Of a stretch of 64,000 nt of DNA, positions 55,461 through 64,000 are shown piece after piece. Positions within the stretch are counted from its first letter, which is position 1. Every line of letters begins with the position of its first letter. The stretch is from Candidatus Undinarchaeota archaeon. GTDB taxonomy: Archaea; SpSt-1190; JASMDC01. The stretch is from the NCBI GenBank assembly GCA_964519305.1, contig CAZFHY010000002.1, positions 127,652 through 191,651 on the forward strand, given 5' to 3'. A model generated the notes under the pieces. The model worked only from the letters and a program-made list of their open reading frames with translations, did not search any database and was not told the DNA's origin. A program made the translations under genes and the position numbers.

Positions 55461-56747
55461 ATGGAGCGACTCCAAGTTCGTGATGTGCTCGCCGGTGACG
55501 GCGCCGGTGAAAAAGCATGCATCCGGGGGTGGATCCACCGCAAGCGCCAGTCCAAAAAGATCGCTTTTCTCGTCGTCCGTGACGGAACTGACGTGATCCA
55601 GGCCACGGTCCGTGCGGGGACCGAGCCCTTCTCCGAGGCGGAAAAGGTCACGATCGAGTCATCAGTCGAGGTGGAAGGGACAGTGCACGCCGACACGCGT
55701 GCTCCAGGGGGCAAGGAACTGCGGGTGGAGAAGCTAACGATTATTGGACTCGCAGAAACCTTCCCAATCCAGAAGGATCAGAGCACCGAGCTCCTAATGG
55801 ACCTGCGTCACCTGTGGGTGCGCAGCGTTCCAATGAACCGTGTGATGCGCCTGCGTGCCGCCGTCTTCCTGGCCGCCCGCGAGTACTTCGATACAATGGG
55901 GTTCGTCGAGGTCCATCCGCCCATGTTCATCACGGCCGCCTGCGAGGGAGGATCGACCCTGTTCAAGGTGCCGTACTTCGGCAAGAAAGCCTACCTCACA
56001 CAGAGCTCGCAGTTCTACCTTGAGGCGCTCATCACAGGACTGGAGCGTGTGTACTGCGTTGCACCGTCATTCCGCGCGGAGAAGTCGCGGACAACTCGTC
56101 ATCTCACCGAGTTCTGGCACATCGAGGCCGAGGAGGCCTTCTGCGGGCTTGAGGGCACCATGCGGACCCAGGAGGACCTTGTCGCCCACATCTGCCAGAC
56201 CATTGCCGCAAGGTTCCCCGAGGAACTGAGGGCCATGGGCCGGGATCCGGACGTAATCGCTGATGTGAAAGCACCCTTCGATCGCATATCCTATGACAAG
56301 TCCATCGATATCCTCCAGGGCAGGGGCGTCGACATCCCCTGGGGCGCAGACTTGGGCACGAAGGAGGAGCGGGAGCTCACAATGGAGTTCGAACAACCGT
56401 TCTTCGTGTACCATTATCCTGCCGAGGCCAAGGCGTTCTACCATCGGCTGGATCCCAATGATACCTCCAAGGTGCTGTGCGCTGACATGCTGGCACCCGA
56501 GGGCCATGGGGAGATAGTCGGCGGTGGTGAAAGGACCTGGACCGTGGAAGAGATAATGGCCCGTATCAACGAGGAGGATCTCGATACCACCGATTATGAG
56601 TGGTACCTGGATCTGCGCAAGTATGGCGGCGTGCCACATGCCGGTTTCGGTCTGGGGGCCGCCCGGCTCATCAAATGGGTCTGTGGTATGGAGCATATCC
56701 GCGACGCTCTCCCGTTCCCGCGGACAATGAACCGCATCTATCCATGA
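55461..56747 (+). CDS. asnS: Asparaginyl-tRNA synthetase
   Basis: OB-fold GWIHR.R and FLVVRDGT; ACEGGSTLF, YLTQS.Q.YLE, FRAEKSRT.RHLTEFWH.EAE and PHAGFGLG motifs. Confidence 0.93.
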   Translation: MERLQVRDVLAGDGAGEKACIRGWIHRKRQSKKIAFLVVRDGTDVIQATVRAGTEPFSEAEKVTIESSVEVEGTVHADTRAPGGKELRVEKLTIIGLAETFPIQKDQSTELLMDLRHLWVRSVPMNRVMRLRAAVFLAAREYFDTMGFVEVHPPMFITAACEGGSTLFKVPYFGKKAYLTQSSQFYLEALITGLERVYCVAPSFRAEKSRTTRHLTEFWHIEAEEAFCGLEGTMRTQEDLVAHICQTIAARFPEELRAMGRDPDVIADVKAPFDRISYDKSIDILQGRGVDIPWGADLGTKEERELTMEFEQPFFVYHYPAEAKAFYHRLDPNDTSKVLCADMLAPEGHGEIVGGGERTWTVEEIMARINEEDLDTTDYEWYLDLRKYGGVPHAGFGLGAARLIKWVCGMEHIRDALPFPRTMNRIYP

Positions 56748-56775
56748 TCATATCATATTCACGAGGTAACTCACT

Positions 56776-56919
56776 ATGTGTGCAAAATGTTCAGTGTGCG
56801 GCTCGGACGTCGACCGCCTCCCGTTCAGGACCCAGGATGGCAAGAAGGTCTGCTCGGTCATCTGTGCCCAAGGGAAGCGGGAGGACATCAAAAAGAAACA
56901 GTCCTTCGGCGTGTACTGA
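56776..56919 (+). CDS. 47-aa TRASH/YHS-like zinc-finger microprotein (not in ORF track)
   Basis: MCAKCSVCGSDVDRLPFRTQDGKKVCSVICAQGKREDIKKKQSFGVY; SD-like GAGGT at 56763-56767. Confidence 0.7.
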   Translation: MCAKCSVCGSDVDRLPFRTQDGKKVCSVICAQGKREDIKKKQSFGVY

Positions 56920-56999
56920 GACAGGGGTCCGGAGCCGGGCCTGATGGGAAGGATATCCACGACCCCATACGGGGCGAACCGGAACGGTGCGAGAGTACC

Positions 57000-57797
57000 A
57001 TGGAGCGAGCGGTCTACGTAACCAGGGCGGGGAGCCTGCGGCTCACCGAGGGCGACTATACCCGCCTCTACTTCGGTGCTGAGTTCTGCCAAAATCTCAT
57101 CCCAACGGTGAAAGAGCTGGGCAAGGCGATCGACCATACCACGACCCATGATATGGCGTTCACCCTCATGACCCCTTACGTGACGGCGGAAGGTCTGGCG
57201 AGCCTGGAGCCGCTCCTCGACGTCCTCGCGGAACGAGTTCCAGAGGCGGAGGTGGTCATCAACGACTGGGGGACGCTCCACCTGCTTGAGGAGCGGTCAG
57301 ATAAGTTCACACCTGTCCTCGGCAGGCTGATCACAAAACAGAAGCGCGGACCGCGGGCCGTAAAGCTAATTGGGAACGTGCCCGATACGATGCTCGATCC
57401 ATTACGCTCCATAGGGGTGACCGCACCCCTCTTCAAGAGGTTCCTCGCCAATCATGGCATTTCCCGTGTCGAGCTCGACAATCCCCTGCATGGGCTCGAT
57501 GTGGACCTGACCGCCGGAGATCCGACGATGGCAGGCTCATTGTACACACCCTACGTATACATATCCACGACCCGTAAGTGCCTGACGAATGCCTGTGATC
57601 GGACCCGTGAGGCTGTCGGCATACGTCCTTGTGGGCGGGAGTGCGATCGGTTCACGTTCACTCGGACCCATCCGTCGATGCCCGTCCCGCTGATCCTGCG
57701 AGGTAACACTCACTTCGTTCTCAACGATGTCCTACCGGAGTTGCTCGAAGAACGCGGTATCGACCGCCTTGTTGTGGAGCCGGAGGTGCCGCTCTAG
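57000..57797 (+). CDS. Peptidase U32-family Fe-S protein, short (UbiV-like) subunit
   Basis: RLYFGAEFC, EVVINDWG, LGRL..KQKR.PR and RVELDN motifs; C-terminal Cys cluster RKC...C...CGREC; GNT.F. Confidence 0.82.
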   Translation: MERAVYVTRAGSLRLTEGDYTRLYFGAEFCQNLIPTVKELGKAIDHTTTHDMAFTLMTPYVTAEGLASLEPLLDVLAERVPEAEVVINDWGTLHLLEERSDKFTPVLGRLITKQKRGPRAVKLIGNVPDTMLDPLRSIGVTAPLFKRFLANHGISRVELDNPLHGLDVDLTAGDPTMAGSLYTPYVYISTTRKCLTNACDRTREAVGIRPCGRECDRFTFTRTHPSMPVPLILRGNTHFVLNDVLPELLEERGIDRLVVEPEVPL

Positions 57798-58784
57798 ATG
57801 GATCGCCGATCGATGCATGTTCTGGCACCCATCAGCTCACCCGATGAGGTCGCACCGCTAGTGGAGGCCGGTGCTGACGAGTTCTTCTGCGGCCTGCTCC
57901 CTTCCGAGTGGCTCGAACGCTATGGTCTTGTAGGCTCCATCAATCGTCGTTATGAGATGGCGGCACAGATGACCGATCCATCCGAACTGACACGTGCTGT
58001 CGAATTGGCTCATGACCGCTCAACCTCCCTCTTCGTCACGCTCAACGCCCACTACTATGTTCCCTCCCAGTATCCCTTACTCGCGCGTATCGTGGACGAC
58101 ATAATCACGGCCGGTGCTGACGGCCTGCTCGTCGCCGATCCGGCGTTCATGCTCTGGATGCGCGAGCAGGGGTACGACATCCCTCTACATCTAAGCGCCG
58201 GAGGTGCCGTGCTCAATCCGCGGGCAGCCGCGTTCATGTGGGATTCCTTCGATCTGTCCCGGATCGTCCTCCCCCGTCACCTCACCATCGGGGAGATCAG
58301 CGAGCTCGTGACATCCCTACCCGACATGACGTTCGAGGTATTCATAATCAATGAGCCGTGCATCAACGTCGACGGTCTGTGCACCTTTCAGCATGGGCTG
58401 GCGAAAATAACAGGTGACGAGCTAAACTGCTGCGACATACAGTGGGACCTGTCATCCGGATCGGACGACGCGGACCCTGTAGCCCTGCGCACTATCAGAG
58501 CGCATGTCGCTTCCGGCCGGCGGGGGAGCGGTGCGTGCGGTGCGTGCGCCCTCTTCGATCTCCAGAGGGCTGGTGTGGCTGCTGTGAAAGTGGTCGGTCG
58601 TGGGCTTCCGATAAAGGACAAGGCACGTGATGTCGCCTTCGTCGCCGGGCTGGTCCGGTTCCTTGAAGAGGAGGGTCCTGACCGAGATGCTTTCGTCGCC
58701 GAGGCCAAGCAGCGTCATGCACGTGAGTATCGCACGCTGTGCAAGCCGCGGCTCTGCTATTACCCCGAGCCCGCTACTCGCTGA
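57798..58784 (+). CDS. Peptidase U32-family Fe-S protein (UbiU/TrhP-like) subunit
   Basis: VLAP, AGADEFFCG, FVTLNA, HLS.G..V.N, RIVLPRHL, EVF....C..VDG.C, CGAC and KVVGR motifs. Confidence 0.88.
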   Translation: MDRRSMHVLAPISSPDEVAPLVEAGADEFFCGLLPSEWLERYGLVGSINRRYEMAAQMTDPSELTRAVELAHDRSTSLFVTLNAHYYVPSQYPLLARIVDDIITAGADGLLVADPAFMLWMREQGYDIPLHLSAGGAVLNPRAAAFMWDSFDLSRIVLPRHLTIGEISELVTSLPDMTFEVFIINEPCINVDGLCTFQHGLAKITGDELNCCDIQWDLSSGSDDADPVALRTIRAHVASGRRGSGACGACALFDLQRAGVAAVKVVGRGLPIKDKARDVAFVAGLVRFLEEEGPDRDAFVAEAKQRHAREYRTLCKPRLCYYPEPATR

Positions 58785-58821
58785 GGCAGACTATTTATTC
58801 ATTGGCCTCCTGACAGGGAAC

Positions 58822-59454
58822 ATGAAAGTAGTGGTCGTCAGCGGCAGTATGCGCTCTGACGACATCGTAGAGAAGCTCATCGAGAGCTGCATCATGGGCC
58901 TCAAGGCCGCGGGCGAGCCCATGGACGTGGAGCATGTCGTGCTCAGGGAGGAGGAGATAGGGTTCTGCACCGCTTGTCTCCAATGCATGGAGAAGGATGG
59001 CCTCCCCCTGGGGGTCTGTCAGCTCACCAGTGATCGGACGCACGACCTACTCATCAAGATGCGCGAGGCCGATCGTGTCGTTCTGGCCACACCCCTCATG
59101 ATGGGGACGGTGACCTCTCTGATGAAACGGTTCCTCGAGCGGTGCGCACCGCTCACCTATAATACATCGCGGGGGCGGCGGTCAAGGGTCAAGAAGCGCA
59201 AGGGGAAGATGGGGGCGATAATCCTCGTCCACTCGTTCTTCCCCGTGCTGTCCAGGATCGTGGGTAAGGACCGTGCTGCTCGGACAATGCTCAAGCTCAT
59301 ACTTCGCTCATCAGGTTGTGAAAAGGTCAAGATCCTCTCGATCCGTATCCCCCGTATAAAGTCATTCAGGGTGGACAGGGTCCGCGGCCGCGGCTTCAAC
59401 CTCGGTCTGTCTCTGGCCAAGCCTCTTGTGAAGAAGGGCCTGCGCGGCGCCTAG
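58822..59454 (+). CDS. Flavodoxin-fold iron-sulfur flavoprotein / NAD(P)H-dependent FMN reductase family protein
   Basis: VSGSMR, CTACLQC...C, AD.VVLATP and MKRFLER motifs. Confidence 0.85.
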   Translation: MKVVVVSGSMRSDDIVEKLIESCIMGLKAAGEPMDVEHVVLREEEIGFCTACLQCMEKDGLPLGVCQLTSDRTHDLLIKMREADRVVLATPLMMGTVTSLMKRFLERCAPLTYNTSRGRRSRVKKRKGKMGAIILVHSFFPVLSRIVGKDRAARTMLKLILRSSGCEKVKILSIRIPRIKSFRVDRVRGRGFNLGLSLAKPLVKKGLRGA

Positions 59455-59485
59455 CTTTTTATAATCTCATCCTCACAGGGATGCT

Positions 59486-60556
59486 ATGGACACCTTCGGA
59501 AGGTATCTGCGGGCCACGTGCGCTGGAGAGTCACACGGCCCTGCGGTCGGGGTAATCGTGGACGGGGTACTCCCTGGCCTGCCTCTCCGGACGGAGGACA
59601 TCCAGAGCGAACTGGACCGGCGACGGCCCGGGACATCCCCGTGGACCTCGCCCCGCCGTGAGCCTGATACCGTGGAGGTGCTCTCCGGCGTGCTGGAAGG
59701 GAAGACCACAGGGATGCCCGTCATGATGGTGGTCCGTAACGCCGACGCTCGCGATGAGGACTACCCCGAAGGCCCTGTGCGCCCGTCCCACGGAGATCTG
59801 GTCTACCGCCAGCGGTTCGGCGTTGTTGCTCCTGGTGGAGGCCGGTACAGTGGACGGGAGACCGTCTCGCGTGTATGCGCCGGTGCAGTGGCACGTGCAG
59901 TGCTCGCGCCCATGGACATAATCATCCGGTCGCACATCGCTGCCATCGGCACAGTGGATGATCCGCTGGACATGGACCGTCTCGACAAGCTCACAGCGTT
60001 CGGCACCCATACCGAGAAGGCCGCTAAGGCCATGCAGGCCGAGGTTATATCAGCCAAGGACGATGGCGATTCCGTGGGCGGTGTCGTCGAAGTGGTGGTC
60101 ACGAACATCCCGCCAGGGCTCGGTTCGCCCGTCGCGGGCAAGCTCGACGCCGATCTCGCATCTGCCTGCATGTCGATCGGGGGGGTCAAGGGTGTGGAAC
60201 TGGGAGCAGGATTCGCTGCCACCCGCATGCGCGGTAGCGAACACAACGATCCCTATCGCCTCATGAAAGGTAAGATGGTCCCCACTACCAATAACGCAGG
60301 TGGGGTCGTCGCAGGCATCTCCACGGGTGCGCCTCTTGTGGTCCGCCTGGCAGTTAAACCGACGGCGACCATCGCCAAACCTCAGGACACTGTCGATCTG
60401 GCGACCGGGCAGGAGACCTCCGTGACCTTCGGCGGACGTCATGATCCATGTCTGGTCCCGCGATTGCGGTACGTGGCCGAGGCCATGGTCGCGCTGGTGC
60501 TGGCCGACCACGTGCTCGACCCGGTATGGCAACGCTCCAGGTCTGGAAACGAATAA
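59486..60556 (+). CDS. aroC: Chorismate synthase
   Basis: GESHG, RRPG, GKTTG.P, RPSH.D, GGGR.SGRET, GDSVGG, GISTG, KPT.TI and GRHDPC motifs. Confidence 0.96.
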   Translation: MDTFGRYLRATCAGESHGPAVGVIVDGVLPGLPLRTEDIQSELDRRRPGTSPWTSPRREPDTVEVLSGVLEGKTTGMPVMMVVRNADARDEDYPEGPVRPSHGDLVYRQRFGVVAPGGGRYSGRETVSRVCAGAVARAVLAPMDIIIRSHIAAIGTVDDPLDMDRLDKLTAFGTHTEKAAKAMQAEVISAKDDGDSVGGVVEVVVTNIPPGLGSPVAGKLDADLASACMSIGGVKGVELGAGFAATRMRGSEHNDPYRLMKGKMVPTTNNAGGVVAGISTGAPLVVRLAVKPTATIAKPQDTVDLATGQETSVTFGGRHDPCLVPRLRYVAEAMVALVLADHVLDPVWQRSRSGNE

Positions 60557-60559
60557 TCC

Positions 60560-60712
60560 GTACAGGATTCGTATAATTGGGCGAGATTATCGATTTAAAT
60601 CGGAATAAAACGGTTAATTATTTGTTTATAACTTCTATTAAGCTATAATATTCGTTTTTAGAAACTATTAAACCGAAACCCATATAAAGGATCGAGAGAC
60701 CTTTCAATCCAG
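60560..60712 (+). promoter_or_regulatory. AT-rich intergenic control region with a palindrome and TATA box
   Basis: Perfect palindrome CGATTTAAATCG at 60591-60602; CTATTAA occurs twice; ATATAAA (60682-60688) lies ~24 nt before ATG 60713. Confidence 0.6.
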
Positions 60713-61957
60713 ATGGCCCTCCTCCAGCAGATAGCTATCCTTGAGATATCCATTCTCATAGCCATCTGTACGTTCTGGATCCTGCTCTATTTCTACCTCA
60801 AAGCAGGTTCCAAGAAGAGCCCGCTACCGCTGGACGAGCTGCCGCCCATCACGGTGGTCGTCCCGGCCCATAACGAGGAGAGTAGCATCGGGAGGACAAT
60901 CCAGCACGTTCTGGACGCGGACTATCCGGACAAACGTGTCATAGTCGTGAACGACGGCTCCACCGATGGGACGGCCGAGCAGATCGCCCTCTACGCAGAC
61001 CGTGTAACCGTCATCAAACATGAGACCAATCTCGGGAAGGCCGCAGGCCTCAACCATGCAATCGCTGACGCTACGACGGACATAATCGTCACCGTTGATG
61101 CCGACAGCCTAATCGCTCCGGACTCCCTGCGCAACATCGTCCGTCACTTCGCCGACTCCGATGTCGGTGCCGTGGCCGGGTGTGTCAAGGTCCACAATAA
61201 CGAATCCATATTCCAACGTATCCAGGACCTGGAGTACCTACAGTGCTTCTTCCAGCGCGAGATCCAGGACATGGTCAACGCCGTTACCATCACTCCGGGC
61301 CCGCTCTCCGCTTATCGTAAGGACGTGCTCACCGCCTTAGGCGGTTTCAAGAACGACACTCTCGTCGAGGACTTCGACATGTGCATCCGTATCCACCGAC
61401 TCGGGTTCCATGTGCGCTCGGACGTGGAGAGCGTCGTGCGTACCGTTGCCCCCGGTCTTTCGGGCTGGTGGCGGCAGCGGACACGGTGGTTCCGTGGTGG
61501 CATCCAGCTGCTGCGCAAGCACTCTGATATGGTGTTCAACCAGGACTACTCGTTCCTGGGTATGGTCATGTTCCCCATGGCCATCTTCTGGCTGTTCGTA
61601 CCGGTCATAGCCGTCCCTACCATAATCCTCAACTCACTCCCCGAATGGGCATTGGTTGAGGCCAACCTGGATATCCTGCTATCCCAGGGATTCATGGCGC
61701 TCCTGGCCGCTCAGGTGGCTACAGTGACCACCAGCCTCTACACGCTCGGTAAGCTCACTCTCTTCAGGGCCCTCTCGGCCCTTTCCATGGTACTCGGCTT
61801 CATCTACGTCTACCTGTCCATCCGTGTATCCCGAGAGTCGCTCGCTACCTACCTGGTCATCCTACCGCTCATTGGCCTCTATTCGTGCCTGCTCCTCACC
61901 GTGTGCCTCAAGTCCGTTGTGGAGGAGCTCTTTGTGGCCAAGGGATCCGAATGGTGA
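60713..61957 (+). CDS. Processive GT2 glycosyltransferase (PgaC/IcaA/cellulose-synthase-like)
   Basis: PAHNEE, NDGSTD, GKA..LN, DAD, VEDFD and QRTRW motifs; C-terminal TM helices. Confidence 0.92.
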   Translation: MALLQQIAILEISILIAICTFWILLYFYLKAGSKKSPLPLDELPPITVVVPAHNEESSIGRTIQHVLDADYPDKRVIVVNDGSTDGTAEQIALYADRVTVIKHETNLGKAAGLNHAIADATTDIIVTVDADSLIAPDSLRNIVRHFADSDVGAVAGCVKVHNNESIFQRIQDLEYLQCFFQREIQDMVNAVTITPGPLSAYRKDVLTALGGFKNDTLVEDFDMCIRIHRLGFHVRSDVESVVRTVAPGLSGWWRQRTRWFRGGIQLLRKHSDMVFNQDYSFLGMVMFPMAIFWLFVPVIAVPTIILNSLPEWALVEANLDILLSQGFMALLAAQVATVTTSLYTLGKLTLFRALSALSMVLGFIYVYLSIRVSRESLATYLVILPLIGLYSCLLLTVCLKSVVEELFVAKGSEW

Positions 61958-61963
61958 GCGCCG

Positions 61964-63301
61964 GTGCGGCGTGACCTCCTCGTGCTCCCGCTGCTCCTCC
62001 TGTGCGGTCTGCTACGGCTGACACCTGCGATCGGCGCCATCGCCCCGCTCGACGTTGATGGCTTCTACCACGTCCGGATGACCACGGTGGTCCAGGACGA
62101 TCTGATGTCAGGGCTCACGAGCCCATATCCGCTTTTCCATATCCTTCTGGGGCTCATGTCCCGGGTAATGGAGCTGGACGTCCTTGTGGTCGTACGCCTG
62201 ATACCTCCCCTACTGGCCTCCTTGGGCGTGATCACCCTCTACGTATGCGTCCGTGACCTCGCCTCTTTCAAGGCAGCGCTGCTGGCCGCGTTCTTCTACA
62301 CGACGACACCGCTGCTCATCCAGACCTCCTATGGGCCTTTCTCTCTGGCCCATCTGTTCCTCCCCCTGCTCGCACGCGAGCTCGTCCGGCAGCGGAGCAA
62401 TCGGGCGATAGGAGTGCTCACGTTCGCCTTGGCCTCCACTGGCGGGTTCGCAGTGTGGCTTACCGTGTTCGTGGTCTATTCGTTCACCTTCGGGTACGGT
62501 ACTCATAGGCTCAAGGCCGTGCGCCGGGCCGTGACCCTTGGGCTCGTGCCGGTCGCATTGATGGCATGGTTCGCAGGCACCCTTGTTCCCGCAGCGTCCA
62601 CGGTGGGTCCCGGGCGACCGGACATCGGTATCCCCTCGGTGGGCGTAGGTCTCCTATTCCTCCTACTGTTCCTGGAATCGTTCGAGGAGGGACCGCGCTT
62701 GGCCAGGTTCCTCATCATCCTGGCAGGCACATGCTTCTTCGGTTACCTGCTGGGACGCGCCTTCCAACTCGACTTCTTGGTCACATTTGCCGTCGCTGTT
62801 GTGATGATGGAGGCCATCGGTGCCCATTTCTTCATCGGGCGGGGCACGGCCGTCATTTACAGAGCCACTGCCATGGTGGCGATCATTGCATTTGCCCTGC
62901 TACACGCATGGAACGTGAGCGAAGCTATCCGGCCAGCCATCAACTACGAGGAGTTCACGGCCGTCAAAGACATGACCGACCTACCGGCTGACTCAGTGGT
63001 GCTCTCCGACGAGGTCAACATGGAGCTGCTGGCGACCGTGTCGTCGATTGATGTGATGTTGACCCGGGAGGTGTTCAATCGCAAGCACTGGACTGACTTC
63101 CACCTCCTAATGGCCACCAACAACATCACATGTGGTCTGGTGCGACGACATAATATCACCCATGTGTTCCTCACACCCCGGGTCCAGCGCCGGTTCCCTT
63201 ACGCGCTCAAGTACTCGGGTCTTCCCGCAGTACCTGAATACCGGATATCGGACGATCTCAAGCTCGTGGAGATCAAGGCGTACTGCCAGCACAGAGCGTG
63301 A
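61964..63301 (+). CDS. Polytopic membrane protein, GT-C-like (putative lipid-donor glycosyltransferase)
   Basis: First loop D.DGFYH and YPLFH; ~10 TM helices; C-terminal VLSD...NITHVFL domain. Confidence 0.65.
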   Translation: MRRDLLVLPLLLLCGLLRLTPAIGAIAPLDVDGFYHVRMTTVVQDDLMSGLTSPYPLFHILLGLMSRVMELDVLVVVRLIPPLLASLGVITLYVCVRDLASFKAALLAAFFYTTTPLLIQTSYGPFSLAHLFLPLLARELVRQRSNRAIGVLTFALASTGGFAVWLTVFVVYSFTFGYGTHRLKAVRRAVTLGLVPVALMAWFAGTLVPAASTVGPGRPDIGIPSVGVGLLFLLLFLESFEEGPRLARFLIILAGTCFFGYLLGRAFQLDFLVTFAVAVVMMEAIGAHFFIGRGTAVIYRATAMVAIIAFALLHAWNVSEAIRPAINYEEFTAVKDMTDLPADSVVLSDEVNMELLATVSSIDVMLTREVFNRKHWTDFHLLMATNNITCGLVRRHNITHVFLTPRVQRRFPYALKYSGLPAVPEYRISDDLKLVEIKAYCQHRA

Positions 63302-63305
63302 GATT

Positions 63306-63968
63306 ATGGAGAGCGTCGCAGCCGCAGTGAGGCAACTGCTCGCAGCTGATCCTCTCCTCACCTACTGCCTTGCATCAGGGCTGATGAACGTCCGGGCCGT
63401 GGCCCGGTCCATCCGTCCCCGCGTGGAGGCACGGACGGGATCACCAGTGCGCGATGTCGCCGCGGTCGTGAACGCCGTGCTCCGGTACCGTGACCATCCG
63501 TCCACACGTGACTCTCTGGTAGAAGTACGCGAGGGAGCAGCAGGCGCACGCATCTCCGCTACCTCGGGCGTGGTCCGTGCCACATACCCTCTGGCCGAAG
63601 GGACACTCCGTTCCCTGGACTCCCTTAGGGCCAGGGGTGAACCTAACGCTGTGTTCCAGCTGGCCTCCGCCGGGGGTGAGGCGACGGTCGTGGCCGACCG
63701 GCGGTACCTTGCGGCGTTACGCAAGCTCGAGCCCGGGGACCTGGCCGAGGGCGAGGCCCTTGTGACCATTTCCTTGGACCGCGGACCGCTCCCGTCATCC
63801 CTGGTGCCCACGGTCCTGGCGCTGTTGACGCGTATCGGCCTGTCCGTGCCCTGCTGGGCCGCAACGCCCCGCGGGCTATGGGTGTGTGTCGTCGAAGAGG
63901 ACCTCGCAGCGGCGGTGGCGGCACTACGTTCTCTGGCAGCCTCACCTGAGGGACCTACGGAAATATGA
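63306..63968 (+). CDS. HTH + ACT-domain protein (archaeal ACT regulator-like)
   Basis: SVAAAVRQLL..DP....CL..GLMN.RAVAR.I N-terminus, followed by two ACT-like beta-alpha-beta units. Confidence 0.72.
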   Translation: MESVAAAVRQLLAADPLLTYCLASGLMNVRAVARSIRPRVEARTGSPVRDVAAVVNAVLRYRDHPSTRDSLVEVREGAAGARISATSGVVRATYPLAEGTLRSLDSLRARGEPNAVFQLASAGGEATVVADRRYLAALRKLEPGDLAEGEALVTISLDRGPLPSSLVPTVLALLTRIGLSVPCWAATPRGLWVCVVEEDLAAAVAALRSLAASPEGPTEI

Positions 63969-64000
63969 ACGTGGGGCCTCTCCGGTAGAAGGGAGGATTA

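Noticed and set aside
56640-56675. AsnRS motif 3 reads GLGAARL instead of GLGxERL, suggesting inactivation
   Set aside because: The essential Arg and all other motifs, plus the anticodon-binding domain, are intact. A single substitution is not enough evidence.
56778-56999. N-terminal extension of the first U32 protein
   Set aside because: The region is better explained by a 47-aa Zn-finger ORF in another frame plus a spacer. The U32-like sequence starts at ATG 57000.

Overview
A GC-rich (about 60% by eye), gene-dense archaeal chromosomal segment. It has no rRNA, intact tRNA, CRISPR array or recognisable mobile element. Housekeeping genes are lig (3' end), ogt, nob1, eIF5A, tfs, sec11, argS, tmk, sepF, an arcS-raSEA-tgtA archaeosine operon, a phosphohexomutase, rfcL, asnS and aroC. 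They are interleaved with many surface proteins: two tandem ~1200-aa pilin-like proteins with apparently nested domains, a third pilin-like protein, a prepilin peptidase, Cys-rich repeat proteins, a TSP3/zinc metallopeptidase and large membrane-anchored proteins. Gene families suggest a DPANN-type archaeon with unusually rich metabolism (inference). Most notable: (1) giant Russian-doll minor pilins co-transcribed with an HTH/PIN pair; (2) a succinyl-CoA-synthetase alpha/beta pair stripped of its catalytic motifs, divergent from a membrane protein with a degenerate KaiC/RecA domain; (3) a zinc-finger microprotein-U32-U32-Fe/S flavoprotein-aroC cluster; (4) a divergent DUF362/cobalamin radical-SAM pair sharing a C-terminal Cys motif; (5) a predicted pseudoknot after sepF, a prion-like membrane microprotein and tandem YbjN-like chaperones. 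Many genes appear leaderless, often from shared bidirectional TATA boxes. All assignments come from manual motif reading, not database searches.
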